A stretch of DNA of 63,690 bases, the filler included, from Nemertoderma westbladi (lineage: Eukaryota > Animalia > Xenacoelomorpha): NCBI GenBank assembly GCA_032718475.1. It is 3 parts of 3 records of this genome, joined end to end, with 100 filler letters (N's around TTAATTAATTAA, not from the genome) between each part and the next. Parts side by side here need not be neighbours in the genome. Positions count along the whole stretch, not along the records: positions 1 to 25,711 come from JAUCBJ010007124.1; 2 more parts are not named here. The stretch is one strand, 5' to 3'. The position numbers and the translations under genes were made by a program. Within the stretch, counting starts at the first letter, position 1, and each line of letters opens with the position of its first letter. Below are positions 1 to 9,693 of this stretch, piece after piece. The notes below the pieces were generated by a model. It saw only the letters and a program-made list of their open reading frames with translations. It ran no database searches and was not told the DNA's origin.

Positions 1-650
1 CAATTTGGATGCAAAAGGCCACTGTAAAAGATGTATATTTGTGGCCCTAATGTAAATCATCTCATTCTTTATGATAGTAAAGGTGGCCCTTTTCCCGTTC
101 ATTTAATTTAATAAATCAATTTTGAAACAAATGGGCCAGTCAAACTTTCTCAAAAAATGACATGAATAGTAATATGAATTGTAAGACTTGCAATGTAATT
201 ACCACAGTTAACCAAACTAAAATAATAAAAGTTTTAATAATGCATTATTTTTGTTTGAACATAATTTTATGTATGGTTGATATATCTTCTTGAAATTTGG
301 TAAGAGTGACCTACACCTACAAGCATTGCTTATTTAGAAATTCTAAATTCAGACAGACTTTAAAGTTCCCCTGTCTGCCGCTGGGGGGGGGGGGCGAATT
401 GACAGAATCGTAAAGGTACTGTAGCTGTGTAATTGTAGAACCAACCATCAGATTCCATCTGAAATTTGGTAGGAGTGACCTAGGAGCATTGCATAATTAG
501 AAATTATTGGTGAGTTTGTCGCCGAGGCTACTCTACGGGGTCGAAAGAAGTCAACAAAGCGGGCCATCATAGCTCAGATCCGCGAACGCGAAATAACTAC
601 ACTTGATCCCGACACAGGGGATGTGAATTGGTGCTACAAAATAATTATTT

Positions 651-985
651 ATTACATGGTAAAAAAAGTAGAATTTTTTTTCATTATTCTCAAGGCATTT
701 TATTTACCGAGCGCCAGCGAGGTTAATAAAGGGTCGAGAGAATATTGAAAAAAAAATGTTCTACGTCTTTTTCCCCATGTAATACGTAATTGTATTCTTA
801 AATTGGTACTTTTTTGTTGCTTAATTCGTTAATAAAATATAGAGCGATATAGTGTTACAATATAAATATAACTATAGTACTTTACTATATTGCTTCCATT
901 GTTACTGCGATTCAAATTATTGTACTCTTCAACTCCTGATGCTGCCTTATTCAATGTTAAAATGATTTTGTGTTCTCGAATATTT
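651..985. repeat. Dispersed repeat with a long imperfect palindrome (651-783), MITE-like
   Basis: attacatgg...ttttcattattctc pairs imperfectly with gagaatattgaaaa...ccatgtaat; 740-985 is clearly homologous to 55001-55265. Confidence 0.55.
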
Positions 986-1267
986 TGTGGAAATATTTCA
1001 CTGTTGGGTAGCTATTTGTATATTAGTTATATTTATTTATTAGTTATATTTGTATATTAGTTGTTTTAGCTTTTAGATACTCCGTTTAATATAGTCAGTT
1101 GTTTTAGCTTTTAGATACTCTGTTGAAAAGTCAGTTGTTTTAGCTATTAGATACTCCGTTTAATATAGTCAGTTGTTCAATACTCCGTTTTATATGCGGG
1201 TCTCGGTCTACGGTTAAGCGGTGCGGTTGGTGAATGCTGGGTGAACCTAGCTTTTGTTAGCTTTTAA

Positions 1268-2348
1268 CCCTTTCAGTACCTAACTGGAAATTATTCAAAT
1301 CCCCAAGTGCCCAAGTCTAATTCATGAATTTCTGAAGTCTGTCTGTCTTTCTGTCAGTTTGTCTGTCAAGACTTTAGAAATAGTAAAATCTACTAACATT
1401 CTCCCTATAGGGGTTTCCTGCTCAAGGATTTCATTTCCGCTGTCAGTTTTCACTTTTGACCCTATCCAGACTGTCTGTCAGTCTGTCTGTCGGTCTATCT
1501 GTCAGTCTGTCCGTCAAAAATATAAGGAATCGCATTAGCTAATTAAAATTCTCGCTAAGGGGGTTTTCCTGGTCAAGGATTTCATTTCCGAGGTCAGTTT
1601 TAACTTTTCACCCCATCCAGTCTGTCTGTCGGTCTGTCTGTCGGTCAGTCTGTCCGTCAAAAATATAAGGAATTACATTAGCTAATTAAAATTATCGCTA
1701 TGGGGGTTTTCCTGGTCAAGGATTTCATTTCCGAGGTCAGTTTTAACTTTTCACCATATCCAGTCTGTCTGTCGGTCTGTCTGTCGGTCAGTCTGTCCGT
1801 CAAAAATATAAGGAATTACATTAGCTAATTAAAATTATCGCTATGGGGGTTTTCCTGGTCAAGGATTTCATTTCCGCTGTCAGTTTTCACTTTTTACCCT
1901 ATCCAGACTGTCTGTCGGTCTGTCTGTCGACTGTCTGTCAGTCTGTCCGTCAAAAATATAAGGAATCACGTTAGCTAATTAAAATTATCGCTATGGGGGT
2001 TTTCCTGGTCAAGGATGTCATTTCCGCTGCCAGTTTTCACTTTTGACCCTATCCAGACCGTCTGTCGGTCTGGTCTGACGGTCAGTCTGTCAAATTTGAA
2101 AACTAACAACAGGGTTTACCTTATTGCTGCAGCCTGGCAGTCTGTAAGCAGGTCTGCAGTAGGCGTACCGTAGTTAAATTACAGTAGATACAAGCTGAAA
2201 TGCGCCGCTAACATATAGAAAGAAGCATGTACTTAATGGTCCAGCAACATTTTCCCTTCTTAGAAATCGAATAAATGTCACGGAACAGACGTATGTGTCA
2301 AGGCGCTCTACCCATGGATCAGACGTATGTGCCATGGTACCGAAAGGG
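1268..2348. mobile_element. Non-autonomous piggyBac-type DNA transposon with internal ~143-151 bp tandem repeats
   Basis: TIRs ccctttcagtacc (1268) / ggtaccgaaaggg (ends 2348), 1 mismatch; TTAA on left, TGAA on right; about 5 internal units (ggtcaaggatttcatttccg...ctgtctgtc) at ~1410-2090; no transposase ORF. Confidence 0.7.
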
Positions 2349-2829
2349 TGAATGCTAACAAGCTAACCTTTGTATCAATAAATTAAATAAATAACTAAAT
2401 AGAAAATAATATTTACAATAAACAAGAAAGTTCTAAGATTTAGTTCTATAGAATAAACCACATGACACCCCCCCCCCCCCCCAAAGTGCAAAAACAGCAG
2501 TTTTGTCACAAATTTATATCTAGACCCTCTTCCTCATTAATCGTGATGACATTTATAAATCTATAAATATTTATAAAAATATCTTGCCATCGTAAATTGG
2601 TGGCCTATTTAGTTCTCTAGCATTGTCCACATGACACCACCACCACCACCCCAGTAATAATTAGAACCAGTCATTCGATTCATCTGATATTTGGTAGGAG
2701 TGGTAAGTCTCGTGCTGCGCGAATACTCCAGCCCGTATGTGCAAGATAAGGTTGATATCGACTTCGACTAATACCGCTAATTAATATTTTTTTCAGTTAA
2801 TTTGATTAGGTACTAATCAATTTGGATTG

Positions 2830-3470
2830 GAATCGGGCCGTTTTAATCAATGTATATTTATGGCCCTAATGTTGTTAATCTCATTCTTTATGATAGTAAA
2901 AATGGCCCCTTCTTCGGGTCATTTTATTTAATAAATCAATTTTGAAACAAGTGGGCCACTCAAATTCTCAGCTCAGTTTATTTGTAGGATCAAATTGGAT
3001 TCAAAAGGGCCACTGTATAATGGCCCTAATGTTATTTATCTCATTTTCAGTTCGGCCCGTTTCCTTCTCAACTAATTTGATAAATTTCATATGAAGTCAC
3101 ATCAAATAGGGCCTGTTATGGCCCTTTCTTTCTTCACTATATAGTAAGCTCAGTTCGGGCCAATGATATATTATTCCAGACAGTAAGAGGGCCAATTTTG
3201 GCAAATTTTGGCCCTTTTGACTTTTTTGGCCCTAATTCCATTTTATACATTTTGGTAAGTGGCCCGAAAATTGTGTTTTCATTTAGTAATAAAATGAAGG
3301 TGCATAACTTTTTAGAGGAAGGATATACACAAAGGGCCATCCAAGCCCGTTTGCGGTTTCGGGCTAAAGGGCCAAAAAGGGGCTAAAGGGCCACTTTTTA
3401 ATACCCCCCAAGTCGCAATAGGGTCACTTTTGATATACAAAAGTGGCCCTTCAGCCCGAACGTATATCTA
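2830..3470. repeat. GGCCC-rich repeat also present at 1-150
   Basis: ggccctaatgt...atctcattctttatgatagtaaa...aataaatcaattttgaaacaa at ~43-130 recurs at ~2862-2950; related copy at ~2995-3050. Confidence 0.5.
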
Positions 3471-3547
3471 TATATATATATATATAATGTTAATGTTGAA
3501 TTGGATCCAGCGAGAAGATAAGACCACTGTGAATACCATAACGCAGT

Positions 3548-6351
3548 CAGTTAGGGTAGGTTTCATAAATAGAGGAAGTTTTTTTTCTTCCTATATAGGA
3601 AAAAGTGCTTCCTATATAGGAAATTTTTGCCATTTTTCTTAACATTTTCTTCGTTATCTTTTGAAATAAATTTTAGCGGCATATTTGAATTCCTGGCTCT
3701 ATCCTGTTTGGGGGCCTCCAGTCTATTCAGAGTTCCGATAGGCTTTCTCGCTTTCTATAGCCATTTTAAAAACACTTTTTCCGAGAATTTCTTATATAGG
3801 AAATATTTTTGGACTTCCTATTTAGGAGTTTAACTTATTTCTTTTTACTTTACTTATTTTTAACTTTTTTAAACAATTTTATGTATATATTTTTCTTAAA
3901 TAAGAAAATATATATATTTTCCAGCAGTTCATTCCAGATACTGAGCTGACCTGATAGGGCTGGGGCTGGGATACTGTTAGTTACCCCGTCATCCGGTCTA
4001 GTCTATCTGGCTATATCTGTATATGGTTTGCAGTTTCAGATAATACAGCAATAACTACATCCCTCCAACACAGAGGGATATTTTTTACAATAATTATTAC
4101 AGTAATAATTATTGATTAATAATATTTTTAAATAATTAATAATTATTAATGCATATTATTTTTATAATAATTAATGATTATTTATGGATCAAACAATAAT
4201 ATTTTTGTAATAATTAACAGATTAATAATTATTCATGCAATATTATTTTTATAATAATATTTTTAAAATAATTAATAAATTATTAATGCAATATTATTTT
4301 TATAATAATTAATGCAATGTTATTTTTATAATAATTAATACAATATTATTTTTATAATAATTAATGCAATATTATTTTTATAATAATTAATGCAATATTA
4401 TTTTTATAATAATTAATGCAATATTATTTTTATAATAATTAATGCAATGTTATTTTTATAATAATTAATGCAATATTATTTTTATAATAATTAATGCAAT
4501 ATTATTTTTATAATAATTAATGCAATATTATTTTTATAATAATTAATGCAATATTATTTTTATAATAATTAATGCAATATTATTTTTATAATAATTAATG
4601 CAATGTTATTTTTATAATAATTAATGCAATATTATTTTTATAATAATTAATGCAATATTATTTTTATAATAATTAATGCAATATTATTTTTATAATAATT
4701 AATGCAATGTTATTTTATAATAATTACCGGTAGGCCTAATGATTATTTATGCATCAGGCAATAATATTTTTGTAATAATCAACAGATTAATAATTATTCA
4801 TGCAATATTATTTTTACAATACCAGTAGGCTTAATTAATAATTATTTTGCTGCTTTGCAATAATATTTTTACAATAATTCATAATTAGAATTAGAATTAA
4901 GAAGGAACAAAATAAAATTTACTTCCGTAAGATTCAGCGCAGTGATTAAAATAATTAAAATATTATCAACAATACAATAATTATACGATGCTATTATGAG
5001 CACTCAACTGCTTAATAGGCCTACACTCATAATTAACGTACCAATACAATACACTATCATTGTTTAAATTGGCACATCGCTCAACACATTCACCTCCACT
5101 ACTGGAATATAAATATTTATTGAACAGTCAGAAATTAATAAATAAATGAGGTTGTTTTATCGGTGAGATAATGTTCGGTAAATTTCTCCCAACTTGCGGG
5201 CCTCTTCCGACTTACGGGCCCCCGGCAGCTGCCCCTGTGCATTTAGCTTCATTTAATTAAGAACATTAATGGAAAGGAGCAGGTTACAGTGGCGGTGTTT
5301 TCTAACCTAAACAATAAACTATAAATTATTTCACTTGCGCTCAATGTGCGCCACTATACTGGCGGTAAGATAATTTATAAAGCAAAATTAATTTATGTTA
5401 ATGATTCTCGAAGTAAGTAAAAGTTTCATTTTAAATCTAATACTATTGTGTTAAATCGTGGGAAAGTTAATTTCAAAATGCCTGTTGTTTTTCATCTACC
5501 GTAAGTCTAGCTACTGCAGTACTGTAATTGTGAGTGGAACAAAATTCGCAATAGATTTGCGAGACAGACAGACAGACTAATTAAATTTCATAGGAACAAA
5601 ATTCACTCAAATAGGAACGAAATTCGCAAAAATAGGAACAAAGTTCGATGTGAATTCGCATTTTCACATTCCGACATTTTAGGAACAAAGTTCGCGCTCC
5701 GAAGTTTACAGTAATTAATCGCACTCTACATTAATAACATCGTCTTAAATTGAACTGGCAAGTCATAATTTTTATTAATTAAGAAAAATCAAGACATAAA
5801 ATATTTTAAATAAGAAATAAGTTAAACTCCTAAATACTGTAGGAAGTCCAAAAAATATTTCCTATATAAGAAATTCTCGGAAAAAGTAACGTTTTTAAAA
5901 TGGCTATAGAAAGCGAACGCACAGATAGTTTTTTTCTAGTTTTCACAACAAATGTAGTAAAGATTAACTTGCAATAACCAGGAATTCGGGATTATCCTGT
6001 TTGGGGCCTCCAAAACCAGGCAGGTTAGTAAAGGAGCAGGTTACAGAGGCGAGTTGAAAGGAACCAAAACAATAAACGTGAGGAATGTTGTAGAATAGAA
6101 AACCAAATTTAAAACCAAATTTAATTGAGAATCAACAGTCAGGATGTATAGATGTGACAATGCACAACAGATCTGATTGTCAACAATCACAGACTGGAGG
6201 CCCCCAAACAGGATAGAGCCAGGAATTCAAATATGCCGCTAAAATTTATTTCAAAAGATAATGAAGAAAATGTTCAGAAAAATGGCAAAAATTCCACTTT
6301 TTCCCATATAGGAAAAAAAAAACTTCCTATTTAAGAAACCTACCCTAACTG
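3548..6351. mobile_element. Foldback-like non-autonomous DNA transposon with long inverted arms and 5-bp TSD
   Basis: Termini cagttagggtaggtttc / gaaacctaccctaactg; arms 3548-3724 vs 6191-6351 and ~3747-3843 vs ~5812-5916 are reverse complements; GCAGT duplicated at 3543-3547 and 6352-6356. Confidence 0.8.
4270..4725. repeat. 26-bp AT-rich minisatellite inside the foldback element
   Basis: Unit aatgcaatattatttttataataatt, about 17 copies. Confidence 0.9.
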
Positions 6352-6672
6352 GCAGTTGGAAGAGGGACAAACTGTTAAACGCCTTATCGAAAGTTAATCA
6401 AGAAGTCTCCTTACGTATACGCACGCACCCTTACAGTAGCATATCTTGGTTGGAACTACTACAGTAATTACGATTTATAGAAATTAATTAATTTATTTTT
6501 TTTTGGGGGGGGGGGACATCCATGTCGCTATGAATTAGAATGACGACACTATAAATTACAGGACAAATTGTGTGAATATAGTTACATTATAACCTTTTTA
6601 AGAATAGGACAACACTGCAATTTTCCAGAATATCCCCCCCCCCCCCTGTTAGCCGTCCCTCCCCCCCCCCCC

Positions 6673-7182
6673 TGTTAGCGTATTCAATTCCGCTAACACA
6701 AACCCATAAAGTAAGCCGTTAAGCAATATTGGGGGCCACGAGGTTGATTACCCAATCTCGTGCCACCCCAATAAAACGGGAAGGAGAAACACACAATAAG
6801 GGTCAGGGGCCACACCCCTGACCGAGAGAGAATAGCTGGAGTGAAGGGAAACACTCCAAAGGGCGCCAACAGGGATATTAGCCAATGGGAGGGAGGCACC
6901 GGCTAGGTACAGTAACAAGGCCAACCCGTGCAATATAACCAGTTAACGGTAATCAGTTATTTCAGTTATCTCATTGTGTTGGTCGGTTTAGCTAGGATAG
7001 GACCGGAACTTTAATTACCGTTGTGTAACCACTGTGCAGACATCTATATCTATATCTATACTATTATACCGGAGGACTTTATACAGCAATCAGCATTCAT
7101 CCACCTTTTACACACACACGGCGGGAACGCGACGCGTAAATTAAAACCGGATAAACCGGGATCCTTTGTGGATCCCGTCACA
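6673..7182 (+). repeat. 5' LTR (510 bp)
   Basis: tgttagcg...ccgtcaca; matches 20869-21378 with only two differences seen by eye (aaaacggg/aaaatggg; gcattcat/gcaatcat). Confidence 0.95.
6934..6967 (+). promoter_or_regulatory. Putative LTR core promoter (TATAA plus TCAGTT initiator-like motifs)
   Basis: TATAA at 6934; TCAGTT at 6953 and 6962; candidate polyA signal ATTAAA at 7140. Confidence 0.35.
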
Positions 7183-7240
7183 GTAATTAAAGTCAATCGT
7201 CCTTAAGTAATTAAAGTCTATCGTCCTTAAGTAATTAAAG
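7183..7240 (+). promoter_or_regulatory. Atypical primer-binding site: 24-bp repeat x2.4, complementary to the LTR rather than a tRNA 3' end
   Basis: gtaattaaag at 7183, 7207, 7231; gtaattaaagt is the reverse complement of actttaattac at 7008-7018; no TGG start. Confidence 0.65.
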
Positions 7241-7276
7241 CCTAGAACTCCAGCCAGCTACCGATCTAAAGAGGAG

Positions 7277-8950
7277 ATGAGTGACGTTACGCCAACGCGG
7301 ACCCCGGAGGAAGACCCAACGATTCGCGAGGCCGTGACCAGACGGTATAGGCCCACGACGCCGGACCCATCGGTAACGGGTCATCCGGCAGATCAGGATG
7401 AAGGGGGCCGTCTGGAGCCAGAGATCGAGCCGAGAGGAGCGGGAGCCGATTTGAGAGAAGGAGAGGGCGAGAGGAACGGAGAAGAAGACGAGTCGACACG
7501 GAACGAGGGTCGACGTACCGATGTCGCCGGCCAGCCACAGGCCGAGGGCGACGAACGGCCCACCGAAACGGCGACGGTGGGGCCGACGGTACGACGCCGG
7601 ACCCGGAGAGATGGGGGAGATGTCGGTACCGATGTCGCCGGCCAGCTACAGGCCGAGGGCGACGGACGGCCCACCGGAACGGCGACGGTGGGGCCACCGG
7701 TACGACGTCGGACCCGGAGAGACGGAGGAGAGGTCGGCGACGAGGACATCGGGGTTTCTGATCGACTTCGACGGGCCTACAACGCAACCCGGAAACTACT
7801 TAAGGAGGCCAAGGAGGGGGCGAAGATAGATGAGGTAAAGTTAACAACAGGACTAGGTGAGTCGGATAGACATTTTAGTTATCTAATGCGTTTCGGGCAG
7901 AGAGAACTGGCCAAGGAGAGAGCGAGAGGGGTTGCCGAGGAACTGTGTGATTTATGGCGGTGTAGGGGTATGCAACCTAGTGCAGTGTACGTAGGGCCAT
8001 ACTTAGTCGATGCCCAGGGTATAAAATCAGTGGGTTGGAGGAGATCTGAGGAGGGTGAATCCGAGGTTGACCCCGAGGATTCGATCTCGTCAGTCGGAGG
8101 AAGTTCTGGGAAGAGGGGGAAAGTTAGTAGGTCGGGAAGGCGGAGGGAATCCGTCGTAACCGATAAGTCTGCTACATCCTCCATAAAAGAAAGACGGGTG
8201 AGAGAGATAAATGCCACGTACAATCTCGACCTGATAGCGCAAGGTCAGAGAGAGATAAATAGACGGTTAGAGGAGGGGAGAATGCAACTAGAGAAGGAAT
8301 TGGTACTGATTAGAGAAACCGGAGAGAGGGCCGAAAGGGCCGCGAAAAGCCTTAGAGAGTGTGAGGAAATAGAGAGGAGGGAACAAGAGGAGCGTGAGGC
8401 GAGACGGGAAAGTGAACGCAAAGAGCGTGAGGCGGAACGCAAGGAGCGCGAGGCGAGAGAGGAAAATGAGCGCAAGGAACGTGAGGCAAGAGAGGAAAAT
8501 GAGCGCAAGGAACGTGAGGCAAGAGAGGAAAATGAGCGCAAGGAACGTGAGGCGAGAGAGGAAAATGAGCGCAAGGAACGTGAGGCGAGGGAGGAAAGTG
8601 AGCGCAAAGAGCGTGAGGCGAGGCGAAGGGAGGGAGCTAGGAGAGAGGCGGAATTGGCCGAACAGAATGCACGGGAGGTGCGGGAGAGAATGGCAAGAGA
8701 GGTGCGTGAGCGAAAAGAATTGGAAAGACAGCAAGGCGAGCTTATAGAGTACAAAACTAGGCGTACGCGCGAACTGGAACTGGCGCGGGTGGGGGCGTCT
8801 GAGAGCGAGGCTGACTCGAAGATTTTCGAGGAGCCAAGGGCCGTGGATATATTTATTAATACCCCACTTACAGGGACCGCACGACAGACCCGAAACTGGT
8901 GTGACCGTACGGGCGGGGGGGGGGGGGGGGTAATAATAATACTACAGTAG
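7277..8950 (+). CDS. gag: Gag N-terminal extension, segment 1 (111-bp duplication, E/R coiled-coil repeats); frame shifts at G-run ~8916-8930
   Basis: ATG just after PBS; TDVAGQ...RRRTRRDGG x2; EREAREENERK repeats (33 bp); continues in another frame after the G homopolymer. Confidence 0.7.
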   Translation: MSDVTPTRTPEEDPTIREAVTRRYRPTTPDPSVTGHPADQDEGGRLEPEIEPRGAGADLREGEGERNGEEDESTRNEGRRTDVAGQPQAEGDERPTETATVGPTVRRRTRRDGGDVGTDVAGQLQAEGDGRPTGTATVGPPVRRRTRRDGGEVGDEDIGVSDRLRRAYNATRKLLKEAKEGAKIDEVKLTTGLGESDRHFSYLMRFGQRELAKERARGVAEELCDLWRCRGMQPSAVYVGPYLVDAQGIKSVGWRRSEEGESEVDPEDSISSVGGSSGKRGKVSRSGRRRESVVTDKSATSSIKERRVREINATYNLDLIAQGQREINRRLEEGRMQLEKELVLIRETGERAERAAKSLRECEEIERREQEEREARRESERKEREAERKEREAREENERKEREAREENERKEREAREENERKEREAREENERKEREAREESERKEREARRREGARREAELAEQNAREVRERMAREVRERKELERQQGELIEYKTRRTRELELARVGASESEADSKIFEEPRAVDIFINTPLTGTARQTRNWCDRTGGGGGGVIIILQ

Positions 8951-8976
8951 ACGACGTTAATATTAATGGTACCGTA

Positions 8977-9693
8977 TTGGATAATCCTAACCAAACTTAT
9001 ATTGCAGGAAATACTTTGCCTAGTAGTAGCGATTTGAATTTAAACACAAATAATCAAAATAATAATTTCAATTTAAACGTGCAAAATAATCCGAATAATA
9101 ATTTAAATTTAGAAAATAATAATAACTCAAATAATTTAAATAATGATCCAAGCCCGAATTTACAAAATAATTCAAATAGTGTAGTCGCGCAAAATAATCC
9201 AAATGGTTCTATTTCGAACGAACAAAATAATTCCGTTTCTAATATAGGTGCTATTAATGCGAACGCGTCGGACGTGTATAACCCGACAGACGGCGGCCTG
9301 GTAGGCCACGTAGTTAGTAGGCAGGAGGTGGCGGGGTTGAGTCGACCCGACGGCGGCCTGGTAGGCCACGTAGTTAGTAGGCAGGAGGTGGCGGGGTCGA
9401 GTCGAGCCGACGGCGGCCTGGTAGGCCACGTAGTTAGTAGGCAGGGGGTGGCGGGGTTGAGCCAACCCGGAGTAGGCCCGATAGGCCAAGTAGTAGTGGA
9501 GAGAGAGGCAGGGGTAAGCGAACCCAGCCGCAGTAGAAATATTGTGTCGACTGGAGAGGGGTGTAGAAGAGAAGTAAGAGGTAGCGGTGTGATATGTGGC
9601 GAAGGGGGGGGGGGGCTACAGGAGCCCCACAACGAGAAGTTGGTGGCGAGAGGGGGGGGGGGCAGAGAGTGTCCCACAGGCGTCGGCGGATAA
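8977..9693 (+). CDS. gag: Gag segment 2: Asn-rich low-complexity tract plus three 60-bp repeats
   Basis: NLNTNNQNNNFNLN...; DGGLVGHVVSRQ x3; frame open back to the G-run at ~8930; bounded by G-runs at ~9604 and ~9652. Confidence 0.6.
   Translation: MDNPNQTYIAGNTLPSSSDLNLNTNNQNNNFNLNVQNNPNNNLNLENNNNSNNLNNDPSPNLQNNSNSVVAQNNPNGSISNEQNNSVSNIGAINANASDVYNPTDGGLVGHVVSRQEVAGLSRPDGGLVGHVVSRQEVAGSSRADGGLVGHVVSRQGVAGLSQPGVGPIGQVVVEREAGVSEPSRSRNIVSTGEGCRREVRGSGVICGEGGGGLQEPHNEKLVARGGGGRECPTGVGG

Noticed and set aside
6693-7206. Small ORFs in the LTRs (duplicated at 20889-21411)
   Set aside because: Short, non-ATG or incidental frames repeated only because the LTR is repeated
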